Source: an uncultured Verrucomicrobiae bacterium (GTDB lineage Bacteria; Verrucomicrobiota; Verrucomicrobiia; Chthoniobacterales; Chthoniobacteraceae). From it: a DNA stretch of 64,000 nucleotides. A program made the translations under genes and the position numbers. The notes beneath the pieces are model-generated. The model did no database searches, was not told where the DNA came from, and saw only the letters and a program-made list of their open reading frames with translations. The stretch covers positions 448,001 through 512,000 of the forward strand of contig CAWIKF010000002.1 of the NCBI GenBank assembly GCA_963836755.1. Direction: 5' to 3'. Numbering within the stretch: the stretch's first letter is position 1; each line of letters begins with the position of its first letter. Below are positions 51,714-60,603 of this stretch, piece after piece.

Positions 51714-52198
51714 TCTTCCCAGTCGCTCAATTGCAGCTGCGCATTGTCGGCGCGCGTGAGCTGCCAGTCCCACGGCTTCCAGCTTTGACGCGTCCATTCA
51801 AAAACGAACGGCGTTTGCAGCTTGTTGACTTCCTGCTGCGCATTCGCGGCCAGCGCGGTGCCGGTTCCATCGAACTTTAATTGCGCCGTCACGCGCGCGT
51901 GGTTACCGCTGATTTCGCAGCGAAGCACGTCGCCCGAAATAGTGAGCACGAAAAACTGGCGCAGAACTTCCCGGCTTTCGCGCAGGATCAAAGTTTTGTC
52001 GTGCCGCCAGCGATCCGTGTAGTTCGGCGCGATGAAATCAGCGATCCTCGACCAGTTTCGCGATTCCGTTGCGCGCAAAAAATGCGTGTGATGAAGCCGC
52101 ACCTGCCGATCCGGTTGCCAAAGCCAGAAATCAAAAAGTGCAATTGCAACCGCAAGCAAGCTTGCCAGCGATATTACGATTTTGGTCTTAATCGTCAT
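51710..52198 (-). CDS. membrane-anchored NTF2/SnoaL-like hypothetical protein
   Basis: N-terminal TM; F.RA.E.R.W..I..FIA..Y.D; C-terminal W....W.PWDW.L. Confidence 0.7.
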   Translation of the reverse strand: MTIKTKIVISLASLLAVAIALFDFWLWQPDRQVRLHHTHFLRATESRNWSRIADFIAPNYTDRWRHDKTLILRESREVLRQFFVLTISGDVLRCEISGNHARVTAQLKFDGTGTALAANAQQEVNKLQTPFVFEWTRQSWKPWDWQLTRADNAQLQLSDWED

Positions 52199-52661
52199 GC
52201 CTTCAGCTACGGAACTTCGTTATCGTTTGAGTGTCGCGGCGATCCTGCAAAATCGCGAAGGCAAAATTCTCGTGTGCGAGCGCATCGACCAGCGCGACGC
52301 GTGGCAATTTCCGCAGGGCGGCGTCGATGAAGGCGAGACGCTCGCCGAGGCGCTGGCCCGCGAGCTCGTCGAGGAAATTTCCCTCAAAGCAAAGCACTAC
52401 AGCATTGTCTCGAGCAAAGGTCCGTATCGTTATCTTTACGGCGGCGGGAAATTGAAAAGAGGATATCACGGCAAGGAGCAGCATTATTTTTTGGCAGATC
52501 TCACCGGCCCCGCATCGGCCGTGGATGTGGCCACACCGCATCCGGAATTCCGCGCGGCGCGCTGGATTCTGCCGTCCCAATTTGATCCCGAATGGCTGCC
52601 GGAAATGAAGCGCGCGGTTTATCGTGCGGTGCTGCAAGATTTTCTCAGTGTAACGATTTAG
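52197..52661 (+). CDS. rppH: Nudix hydrolase, RppH-like
   Basis: YR.SVAAIL.N, AWQFPQGGVDEGET...AL.REL.EE, Y.G.EQ.YFL, PEF...RW, KR.VY. Confidence 0.8.
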   Translation: MPSATELRYRLSVAAILQNREGKILVCERIDQRDAWQFPQGGVDEGETLAEALARELVEEISLKAKHYSIVSSKGPYRYLYGGGKLKRGYHGKEQHYFLADLTGPASAVDVATPHPEFRAARWILPSQFDPEWLPEMKRAVYRAVLQDFLSVTI

Positions 52662-52719
52662 TTAAGCATGTGAAATGCTGTTGACCTTTATATTCGCAGC
52701 GTTCACAACGCTTCCGCTT

Positions 52720-52812
52720 ATGCTTACTTTTGGAATGTTTTCCATCGCACTCGGCGCATTCATCGGCTGCGTCTGGTGGGCTTGCCAAGACGATGCCGAC
52801 GGTGTGCAGTGA
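52720..52812 (+). CDS. candidate 30-aa single-TM peptide
   Basis: ATG..TGA encodes MLTFGMFSIALGAFIGCVWWACQDDADGVQ; fills the gap before the response regulator. Confidence 0.5.
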   Translation: MLTFGMFSIALGAFIGCVWWACQDDADGVQ

Positions 52813-52823
52813 CCTGATTTTCC

Positions 52824-53537
52824 ATGCCTGATTCCAGCGAATTGCAGCGGCTGAAAAAGACGGCCAATGAGCTAAACAACGTGTTGCAAGTCATCACGGA
52901 GTCGAGCCAGTTTCTAAAAAGTTTTACCGGCAACAATCCCGACGCGCAGCGCTATTACGAGATGATGTGCAACGCGATCGATCGCGCCGCACAGCTCAGC
53001 CGCACGATGCTCGAGGTGCCGACCGAGGCGCCGAAAATCCACCCGTTTCCGCAGCCCGGACAGTTTACGGCGCCGCCCGTCCAGCAGCCGACGATGCCGC
53101 AGCCCGCGCAACAAGGTGACGCCCGCATCATGAATCCCGACGGCCCGCGCGAGCTGATCATGATCGTGGACGACGAAGATTTCGTCACGCTCCTCGCGCA
53201 GCGCGTTCTCACGGATGAAGGCTATCGCGTCATCACTGCGAAGGATGGTTTTCAAGCGCTCGAAATTTACAAAAGACTCCAGAATAAAATCGGGCTCATC
53301 ATTCTCGATTTCACGATGCCGATCATGGACGGCTCCGAAGTTTTCAGCGAATTGCGCCTCATCAATCCGCGGGTGCCCGTGATGCTGAGCAGCGGGTTTA
53401 CCGAGCAGGACAAGCTGAAGTGGATGCTCGCGAAGGGCCTTCGCGGCTTCATTCCGAAGCCATACACGCAGCAAAAACTTTTGCTCCAGGTGCGATCGAC
53501 GCTCGATTCACTCCAGAGCGAAGGCCGCGGCGTTTAG
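52824..53537 (+). CDS. response regulator with N-terminal degenerate DHp-like segment
   Basis: receiver IMIVDD, IILDFTMP.MDG, LSSG, FIPKP; N-terminal ANELNNVLQVI. Confidence 0.9.
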   Translation: MPDSSELQRLKKTANELNNVLQVITESSQFLKSFTGNNPDAQRYYEMMCNAIDRAAQLSRTMLEVPTEAPKIHPFPQPGQFTAPPVQQPTMPQPAQQGDARIMNPDGPRELIMIVDDEDFVTLLAQRVLTDEGYRVITAKDGFQALEIYKRLQNKIGLIILDFTMPIMDGSEVFSELRLINPRVPVMLSSGFTEQDKLKWMLAKGLRGFIPKPYTQQKLLLQVRSTLDSLQSEGRGV

Positions 53538-53590
53538 CGTCCCTCCGGCGCGTCCGGCATTTCGAGGCGGACGTAAATTAACGGCCCGCG

Positions 53591-53606
53591 TGGCACTCGA
53601 CTAGCT
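53591..53606 (+). promoter_or_regulatory. sigma54 (-24/-12) promoter of pilT
   Basis: TGGCACTCGACTAGCT, with GG and GC correctly spaced. Confidence 0.6.
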
Positions 53607-53623
53607 ACTTGCGTTTGTGCGCT

Positions 53624-54703
53624 ATGGCTAGGATCGACTCCTTTTTCAAATTCATGCACGAGCAGAACGCATCGGATCTGCATCTCTCGACGGGCAATCA
53701 ACCGATGCTGCGAATTCACGGCGAGCTAGTGCGAGTCGATGCGCCGCCGCTCGATTCGGACGATTTGAAAGCGCTTGTTTATGAAATCGCGCCTGAGACA
53801 AAAATCAAAGTTTTCGAGGAAACCGGCGACGTCGATTTTGGTTACGAGTATCCCGGCTTCGCCCGGTATCGCGCGAATTTTTTGAATCAAAAATACGGCA
53901 TCGCCGCAGTCTTCCGTTTGATCCCGAGCAAAGTTTTCACCGTCGAAGACCTCGGTCTGCCGCCGGTGCTCAAGCGTTTCGCGATGTTGAAAAAAGGTTT
54001 GGTGCTCGTGACCGGGCCAACCGGTTCCGGTAAATCGACCACGCTCGCCGCGCTGATCGACTACGCGAATTTGCACCGCAAAGACCACATCATCACGGTC
54101 GAGGACCCGATCGAATTTGTGCATCGCTCGCAGCAATGCCTCGTCAATCAGCGCGAGGTAGGCATGCACACGAAATCCTTCGCAGCCGCTCTGCGCGGGG
54201 CTTTACGCGAAGATCCAGATATCATTCTCGTCGGTGAAATGCGCGATCTCGAGACCATCGAACTCGCGCTGACTGCGGCGGCAACTGGGCATCTTGTTTT
54301 CGCAACGTTGCACACTTCGAACGCGGCCAAAACCATCGACCGCATCATCGACGTGTTTCCTACGAACCAGCAAAACCAAGTCCGCGCCGGCCTCAGTGAA
54401 TCTTTAAAAGGCGTCGTGGCGCAAAATTTGTTCAAGCGCATCGACAAGCCCGGCCGCTGCGCCGCGCTGGAAATCCTCGTGTGCGACAGTCCGATCGCGA
54501 ACCTCATCCGCGAAGGCAAGACGCACCAAGTCGCAGGCATGATGCAGGTCGGCAAACGCAAGGGCAACCAACCGCTCGACGATGCGATCATGGAACATTT
54601 ACGCGCTGCGAAAATTTCTCCCGAGGAAGCCTACGAAAAGGCGAGCGACAAAAAGAAATTCCGCGCACTGCTGAAAACTCCGCCGGAAGATTTTGAGGAC
54701 TAA
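53624..54703 (+). CDS. pilT: type IV pilus retraction ATPase
   Basis: ASDLHL, GPTGSGKSTT, T.EDPIE, ALREDPD.ILVGEMRD, TGHLVFATLHT, IANLIRE. Confidence 0.95.
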   Translation: MARIDSFFKFMHEQNASDLHLSTGNQPMLRIHGELVRVDAPPLDSDDLKALVYEIAPETKIKVFEETGDVDFGYEYPGFARYRANFLNQKYGIAAVFRLIPSKVFTVEDLGLPPVLKRFAMLKKGLVLVTGPTGSGKSTTLAALIDYANLHRKDHIITVEDPIEFVHRSQQCLVNQREVGMHTKSFAAALRGALREDPDIILVGEMRDLETIELALTAAATGHLVFATLHTSNAAKTIDRIIDVFPTNQQNQVRAGLSESLKGVVAQNLFKRIDKPGRCAALEILVCDSPIANLIREGKTHQVAGMMQVGKRKGNQPLDDAIMEHLRAAKISPEEAYEKASDKKKFRALLKTPPEDFED

Positions 54704-54706
54704 GCC

Positions 54707-55900
54707 ATGCGCCGCGCTCAATTCGACACCATTATAACCGCGATGATGGAATCGCATCCGGGCGTTTCCGATTTGATTTTTTCGGTCGGACGCCCGTTTC
54801 AAGTCGAGTCCTACGGAGAGCTGAAGCCGGTGGAGACGCATCCCGACGTTCAGCGATTGACGCAGACGCAGACGGAAAAAATCGCGATGATCATCATCGG
54901 TGAAGACCGGCGCTTGATCAAAGAGCTGCTGATGATGGGCTCGTGCGATTGCAGCTATTCGTTAAACGACCGTTTTAGATTTCGCGTCAATATTTTCAAG
55001 CAGCGCGGGAATTTCGCCATCGTCATGCGCAAACCGCAGGCGGAGATTCCGACGCTCGCATCCCTCGGCTTGCCGGCGATTTTCCAGGACATCGCGCGCG
55101 AACGGAACGGGCTCGTGCTCGTGACGGGCGCGACGGGCAGCGGCAAAACGACAACGCTGAGCGCGATCCTGAACGAGATCAACGAGACGCAGCCACTGCA
55201 CGTGGTTACGCTCGAGGACCCAATTGAATTTGTGCACAAGCACAAGAACTGCACCTTTTCGCAACGCGAGCTCGGGCAGGATTTCGATGACTACCCGAGC
55301 GGCTTGCGAGCGGCTCTGCGACAGGCTCCGAAGGTAATTCTCGTCGGAGAAATGCGCGACCGAGCGACCGTGGAAATCGCATTGATGGCCGCCGAAACCG
55401 GGCATCTCGTTTTGAGCACACTGCACACGATCGATGCCGGCCAATCGATCAACCGGATTCTCGGACTCTTCGATCCTAGCGAGGAGACGCATCTGCGTCT
55501 GCGCCTCGCCGACACGATCCGCTACATCATCAGTCAGCGCCTGGCGCCGAAACGCGGCGGCGGTCGGCTGCTGATCAATGAGGTGATGGGAACAAATCTT
55601 CGCACGCGCGAGGTCGTCGCTTTTGGCGAAAATGAAAACCGGAGCTTTTACGACATCATTGAAAGCAACGCCTCATTCGGCTGGCAGACCTTCGACCAAT
55701 CCATCGCCCGCGCGTATGAGGCCGACCTGCTCACGGAGGAAACGGCAAACCTTTACGCAACGCGCAAAGGCAAGGTGACGCGCGCCATTGACCTGACGAA
55801 AAAACGGCGCGGGATCGTGGAAGAAAGCGCAACCGGCTTGCGTTTGGATGTCCCCGAAGAATTGCAAAAAATCTCTGCCCTGCTGCTCGACCCGAAATAA
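54707..55900 (+). CDS. second PilT/PilU-family ATPase
   Basis: GATGSGKTTT, TLEDPIE, ALRQAPKVILVGEMRD, ETGHLVLSTLHT; lacks the AIRNLIRE motif. Confidence 0.92.
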   Translation: MRRAQFDTIITAMMESHPGVSDLIFSVGRPFQVESYGELKPVETHPDVQRLTQTQTEKIAMIIIGEDRRLIKELLMMGSCDCSYSLNDRFRFRVNIFKQRGNFAIVMRKPQAEIPTLASLGLPAIFQDIARERNGLVLVTGATGSGKTTTLSAILNEINETQPLHVVTLEDPIEFVHKHKNCTFSQRELGQDFDDYPSGLRAALRQAPKVILVGEMRDRATVEIALMAAETGHLVLSTLHTIDAGQSINRILGLFDPSEETHLRLRLADTIRYIISQRLAPKRGGGRLLINEVMGTNLRTREVVAFGENENRSFYDIIESNASFGWQTFDQSIARAYEADLLTEETANLYATRKGKVTRAIDLTKKRRGIVEESATGLRLDVPEELQKISALLLDPK

Positions 55901-55904
55901 TTCC

Positions 55905-56369
55905 ATGGAAATCCATGCCCGTTACGATTTTTTTGAACCCGGCGATCGCACTGCACTGGTGTGCGTAGACGAGCCGGAAATTCACCGCGTCGTCGTCGAG
56001 CAACTCGGCCAGCTCGAATACAAAATGCACACCGGACTTTTTACGGAAGACATTTCTCTCAAGCTCAAGGCGCAGACTTACGATCTCGTCGTCGTCTACG
56101 AAAGCTTCAACGACACGATCCTCGAGGGGAACGCGGTGCTGGCCGAAATCACTCGCATTCCCGCGAACCAGCGCCGGCACGAATTCGTCGTGCTCATCGG
56201 GCCTGGCATGGTCACGAACGATGAAACGCAGGCTTTTCAATACAGCGTCGATCTCACGTTCTGCGTCTCCGATCTCGCGAATTTCGCACCGGTGCTGCGG
56301 CGCGGCGCAATGCGGCATCAGGAATTTTACCGCTTGTTTTTTGAATGCCTGCGCGCCGCGGGAGCTTGA
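55905..56369 (+). CDS. hypothetical protein, receiver-like alpha/beta pattern
   Basis: TALVCVD..., YDLVVVYE, FVVLIG; 4 nt after the second ATPase. Confidence 0.7.
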   Translation: MEIHARYDFFEPGDRTALVCVDEPEIHRVVVEQLGQLEYKMHTGLFTEDISLKLKAQTYDLVVVYESFNDTILEGNAVLAEITRIPANQRRHEFVVLIGPGMVTNDETQAFQYSVDLTFCVSDLANFAPVLRRGAMRHQEFYRLFFECLRAAGA

Positions 56370-56393
56370 AGCACAAAGGGTTCGCGCGAAATT

Positions 56394-57227
56394 TTACGAG
56401 ACGCCTTCGATGGCGGTGATCGTAGCCAGAGCTTGCACCGCTGCCCGGACGTTGTGGACGCGAAAGATTGACGCGCCGCGCAATGCCCCACTGACGACGC
56501 ATGCAATTGTTCCCGCGTCGCGCTCGTGCGGCTCGCGGATATTTAACACCTCGCCAACAACTGTTTTTCGCGAAACAGGCAGCAAAATCGGGCGCTGAAA
56601 TTTTTGCAGCAATCCGAGCTCGCGATAGATCCGCAAATTTTCCGCGCGCTGCTTCGCGAAGTCGATGCCGGGATCGAGCAGCAGCGCTTCTGGCGAGAGC
56701 CCGGCATCGATGGCGGATCGGATTTTGTCCGTGAAAAATTCGTCGAGCGTTTTCATCACGTCTGCGTAGTCGATATACGTGTGCGCAATTTTCGGAGCGC
56801 CGATGCTGTGCATGATCACGAGCGCGGCGCGGTTTTCTGCGCAGATGGTCGCGTTTTCGGGCGTCGGCAGCGCGCTGATGTCATTCAAAATATCGCCGCC
56901 GACGGCAAGCGCTGCGCGGACTACAGCGGGCCGCCACGTGTTGATCGACAGAAAAGTTTGCCCGCAACTGCGAAGAAATTCTTCGATGAATGGGCCGAGT
57001 CGATCAATCTCCTCGGCCTCGCTCATGGCGGCGCGCTTGGTGCCGGCGCTTTCGCCGCCGACGTCGATGATGTCGGCACCATCGGCGATCAACTGGCGCG
57101 CGTGCTCGATCGCGAGCGGCAAATCTTCGATGCCGTCGCCGGAAAAAGAATCGGCAACGAGATTGACGATCCCCATCACGAGCGGGCGGCCGAACTCGAT
57201 CGTGCAGCGGCGCGTGACGAGTTTCAC
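56394..57227 (-). CDS. folP: dihydropteroate synthase
   Basis: MGIVN...DSFS, IIDVGGES, LDPGI.FAK, SRK, FRVHNV; GTG start. Confidence 0.92.
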   Translation of the reverse strand: MKLVTRRCTIEFGRPLVMGIVNLVADSFSGDGIEDLPLAIEHARQLIADGADIIDVGGESAGTKRAAMSEAEEIDRLGPFIEEFLRSCGQTFLSINTWRPAVVRAALAVGGDILNDISALPTPENATICAENRAALVIMHSIGAPKIAHTYIDYADVMKTLDEFFTDKIRSAIDAGLSPEALLLDPGIDFAKQRAENLRIYRELGLLQKFQRPILLPVSRKTVVGEVLNIREPHERDAGTIACVVSGALRGASIFRVHNVRAAVQALATITAIEGVS

Positions 57228-58015
57228 AACGGGGCGAAAGTGCGCCGACGCTTTTCGAAGCGCGCGAGCTCGCGGTAACCAACTTCGCGCGCGAGCACAG
57301 TCGCGGGCGCAAAGTCCGCGCCGACTTCTTCCGCGGCGTGCGCGTCCGAGTTGATCAACAGCGGGACGCCGGCGGCGTGCGCCATTTCTAAGAATTCGCG
57401 ACTTGGGTAAAGTTCTTGCACGGGCTTGCGCAAACCGGCGGTGTTGATTTCTACGGCGACATTTTTTTCGGCGAGCGCGCGGATGCTCGGCTCGTAAAAC
57501 GGGCGCAAATCTCCGTCGGGTTTAAAACCGAACTTTTTCGGCAGATCGGGGTGCGCGACGAAATCGAAGAGGCCGCTGCGAATGCATTGCTCGTAAATTT
57601 TCCAATACATCGCCCAGATTTCCGCGACCGGCTGCTCGCGAAATCGGCCGATCCATTTCGGATTATCGACATCCCAGCCGGGCGCGATGTAATGGACGCT
57701 GCCGATCAAAAAATCCCAGTCAGCGAGCCCGGCGAGTTTTTCGATCCATGCTTCCTGGCCGGCGATGAAGTCGCATTCGAGGCCGAGCCGGATTTGCAAT
57801 TGCGGGAATGCTTCGCGCGCCTGCTGCACCATCTCGATGTAGCGAGGAAGTTCGTGGATGCTCATCCGCCAGTCGTCGAATGGCGCGGGCATCGGGTTGT
57901 GGTCCGCAAAGCCGATTTCGCTCAAACCTTTCGCGACGGCGACCCGCGCATAATCGAGCGGCGTGCCGATTGCATGCCGACAAAGCAGCGTGTGCAAATG
58001 ATAATCCGCCGTCAC
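57224..58015 (-). CDS. histidinol-phosphatase, PHP/HisJ family
   Basis: DYHLHT..C.HA, DHNP, GLE.D, IGSVH, AHPDL, EINTAG, SDAH; start GTG 58015 or TTG 58051. Confidence 0.88.
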   Translation of the reverse strand: MTADYHLHTLLCRHAIGTPLDYARVAVAKGLSEIGFADHNPMPAPFDDWRMSIHELPRYIEMVQQAREAFPQLQIRLGLECDFIAGQEAWIEKLAGLADWDFLIGSVHYIAPGWDVDNPKWIGRFREQPVAEIWAMYWKIYEQCIRSGLFDFVAHPDLPKKFGFKPDGDLRPFYEPSIRALAEKNVAVEINTAGLRKPVQELYPSREFLEMAHAAGVPLLINSDAHAAEEVGADFAPATVLAREVGYRELARFEKRRRTFAPL

Positions 58016-58065
58016 GATGTTAGGCTTGTGCGCGCTCTGCAAAGGGCGCAACGTAATTCGAAGCT

Positions 58066-59151
58066 ATGAAATTCATTGAGTCCGTTTTCGAGAAATTGAG
58101 ACGGCATCCGAAGCGGATCGTTTTCCCGGAGGGCACCGAGCCGCGAGTTTTGCAGGCGGCCTCGCGCTTTGTCAAATTGCACCTCGGCGCCTCGATCGTG
58201 CTCGGAAAAAAAGAGGAAATTCTGGCGAGCGCGCAGAAACATGGGCTGGATATCGAGCGGCTCACGCTGATCGATCCGGAGACGGCGGAAGATTTGCCGA
58301 TTTTTTCTGAGCGTCTCGCGAAGCTCAAACGATACCGGAATTTCGGCGAGGCCGATGCGCGCTCGATCATCATGAACCCGAATTATTTCGCGGCGATGAT
58401 GATTCAATATGGTCAGGCGGATGGGCTGGTCGGCGGCGCGAGTGTCTATCCGGGCACGTTGCTGCGGCCCTTAATCCAGCTGGTGAAGCCGCTTCCGGGC
58501 GTGGAGACCATTTCGAGCTGCATGCTCGTGGAAGTGGCGAACACGAATTACGGCGACGATGGCGTTTTGATTTTTGCCGATTGCGCCGTGATTCCGGAAC
58601 CGACTGTCGATCAGCTCGCGACGATCGCCGTGCAGGCGGGAAAAATTTGCCGTCAACTAACAGGGATTCCGCCGCGCGTCGCATTGCTGAGTTTTTCCAC
58701 GAAAGGGAGCGCGAAATTGCCCGCAGCGGAAAGAGTGGCGGCAGCCGCGGCGCTCGCGCGGCAGAAGGCGGAGGGGGAACAGATTGAAATGGAGATCGAC
58801 GGCGAGATGCAGGCTGATACTGCGTTGCTGCCCGAGCTCGCAGAGCGGAAGGCGCCGACGAGCCGCGTGGCCGGCAAGGCGAACGTGCTGATTTTTCCCG
58901 ACCTCAACAGCGGAAACATCGCCGCGAAACTGGTGCAATATCTCGCTGGGGCAAACATCTACGGGCAACTTTTGCTCGGGCTTTCGAGGCCGGCGGCGGA
59001 TCTTTCTCGCGGAGCATCCGTGGAGGATATTCTCGGAGTCGCGGCGATTATTGGACTGCAGGCGATCGCGTATCGGAAGCTCTATCCGGGGCCCGAAGAG
59101 GAAGAACTCGCACTCGCATTTCGCGCGGAGAGCCGGCTGACCGATTTGTAA
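58066..59151 (+). CDS. pta: phosphate acetyltransferase (short form)
   Basis: IVFPEG, ADCAV, VALLSFST.GS, IDGEMQ.D.A, ANVLIFPDL.SGNI, DLSRG.S..DI. Confidence 0.9.
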   Translation: MKFIESVFEKLRRHPKRIVFPEGTEPRVLQAASRFVKLHLGASIVLGKKEEILASAQKHGLDIERLTLIDPETAEDLPIFSERLAKLKRYRNFGEADARSIIMNPNYFAAMMIQYGQADGLVGGASVYPGTLLRPLIQLVKPLPGVETISSCMLVEVANTNYGDDGVLIFADCAVIPEPTVDQLATIAVQAGKICRQLTGIPPRVALLSFSTKGSAKLPAAERVAAAAALARQKAEGEQIEMEIDGEMQADTALLPELAERKAPTSRVAGKANVLIFPDLNSGNIAAKLVQYLAGANIYGQLLLGLSRPAADLSRGASVEDILGVAAIIGLQAIAYRKLYPGPEEEELALAFRAESRLTDL

Positions 59152-59160
59152 GGCTCGTCT

Positions 59161-60267
59161 GTGAACACGACGAGTCCGCGCGTTTTTGTCGCCGCCACTC
59201 AGCAGAACGATGGGAAAACAACGATCGCGCTCGGCCTCTTCGCCGCGCTGAAAAAACGACTCGGCCGCATCGGTTTCATCAAGCCGGTCGGCCAGCGTTT
59301 TGTGGAAATCGAAGGCCGCAGCATCGACGAAGATTCGGTGCTCATCGATCGGACTTTTCGCGTGCAGACGCCGCTCGAGGATATGAGCCCGATCGCTGTG
59401 CAGCCGGATTTTACGCGAAAATATATCAACCATTCGAATAGCGATTCGCTCACGCGGCGGATTCAAAATTCGTTCGATCGCGCATGCTGGGAAAAAGAAT
59501 TTTGCATCATCGAAGGCACCGGTCACGCGGGAGTCGGCTCGGTTTTTGATCTCTCAAATGCGCGCGTCGCACATCTGCTGCAGAGCAAAGTGCTGCTCGT
59601 GACGCGCGGCGGGATCGGGCGTTCGATCGACGAGGTCGCGCTGAACAAGGCTCTTTTTGACAAGGAAGGCGTGGAGCTCGTCGGCATTGTGTTGAATAAA
59701 GTGTTACACGACAAGTTTGATCACGTCGCGGAATTTGCGCGCCGCGGCCTCGACCGGCTCGGTATCGATTTGCTCGGCGTGATCCCGGTTGAGCCGCTGC
59801 TGGCGAACGCGACGCTCGGACAAATCTGCGTGCAGACCAAAGGCAAATTTCTCAATGCTGAAAGCGACCTCGCGCGGCGCGTGCGCAAAATCATCATCGG
59901 CGCGATGAACTCCACGCACGTGATGGAATATTTTTCGCCCGGCACGCTCGTGATCACGCCGGGCGATCGCGAGGACATCATCCTCGCGGCACTTTCAAAC
60001 AGCACGCTCAGCGCGCTCGATGGAAAGGCGATTGCGGGGCTCGTGCTTGCGGGAGATTTGCTGCCGCACCAGAGCGTGCTCGACTTGATCTCGGCGTCGG
60101 ACGTGCCGACGATCGCGTCGCCTCTGGACAGCTACACGGTGGCGAACAGCATCTACTCGATGACTGTGAAAACGTTGCCGGGCGACGAGGAAAAAATCGA
60201 CAAAATCCAGTCGCTCATTGAGCGGCATGTGGAGATCGATCGGCTGCTGACGAAGCTGCGGAGCTGA
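59161..60267 (+). CDS. BioD-like P-loop + DRTGG protein (free Pta N-terminal region)
   Basis: GKTT..LGL, GFIKPVG, IIEG.GH, LVITPGDREDI; GTG start. Confidence 0.88.
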   Translation: MNTTSPRVFVAATQQNDGKTTIALGLFAALKKRLGRIGFIKPVGQRFVEIEGRSIDEDSVLIDRTFRVQTPLEDMSPIAVQPDFTRKYINHSNSDSLTRRIQNSFDRACWEKEFCIIEGTGHAGVGSVFDLSNARVAHLLQSKVLLVTRGGIGRSIDEVALNKALFDKEGVELVGIVLNKVLHDKFDHVAEFARRGLDRLGIDLLGVIPVEPLLANATLGQICVQTKGKFLNAESDLARRVRKIIIGAMNSTHVMEYFSPGTLVITPGDREDIILAALSNSTLSALDGKAIAGLVLAGDLLPHQSVLDLISASDVPTIASPLDSYTVANSIYSMTVKTLPGDEEKIDKIQSLIERHVEIDRLLTKLRS

Positions 60268-60273
60268 TTCCGC

Positions 60274-60603
60274 CTACGCGAGCGCGTCGATCTTTGCGAT
60301 CAGGTCGTGCTTGCTGGTCATTCCGACCATCTGCTCGCGAACCTGGCCGCCTTTAAATAAAAGCAGCGTCGGAATTGCGCGGATCTGAAATTGCGCGGCG
60401 AGCGCCTGCGCTTGATCGACATTGATTTTTGCAACTTTGACGGCACCGGCTTTTTCCGTCGCGATTTCGTCGAGGATCGGCGCGATCATTTTGCACGGCC
60501 CGCACCACTCGGCCCAAAAATCGACGACGACGGGCGTGCTGGACTTTACGACTTCGCTGTCGAAGTTTGCGTCGGTGACGTTGACGACGTTCGCGTTCAC
60601 CAT
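60274..60603 (-). CDS. trxA: thioredoxin
   Basis: [18 protein letters not shown]. Confidence 0.97.
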   Translation of the reverse strand: MVNANVVNVTDANFDSEVVKSSTPVVVDFWAEWCGPCKMIAPILDEIATEKAGAVKVAKINVDQAQALAAQFQIRAIPTLLLFKGGQVREQMVGMTSKHDLIAKIDALA

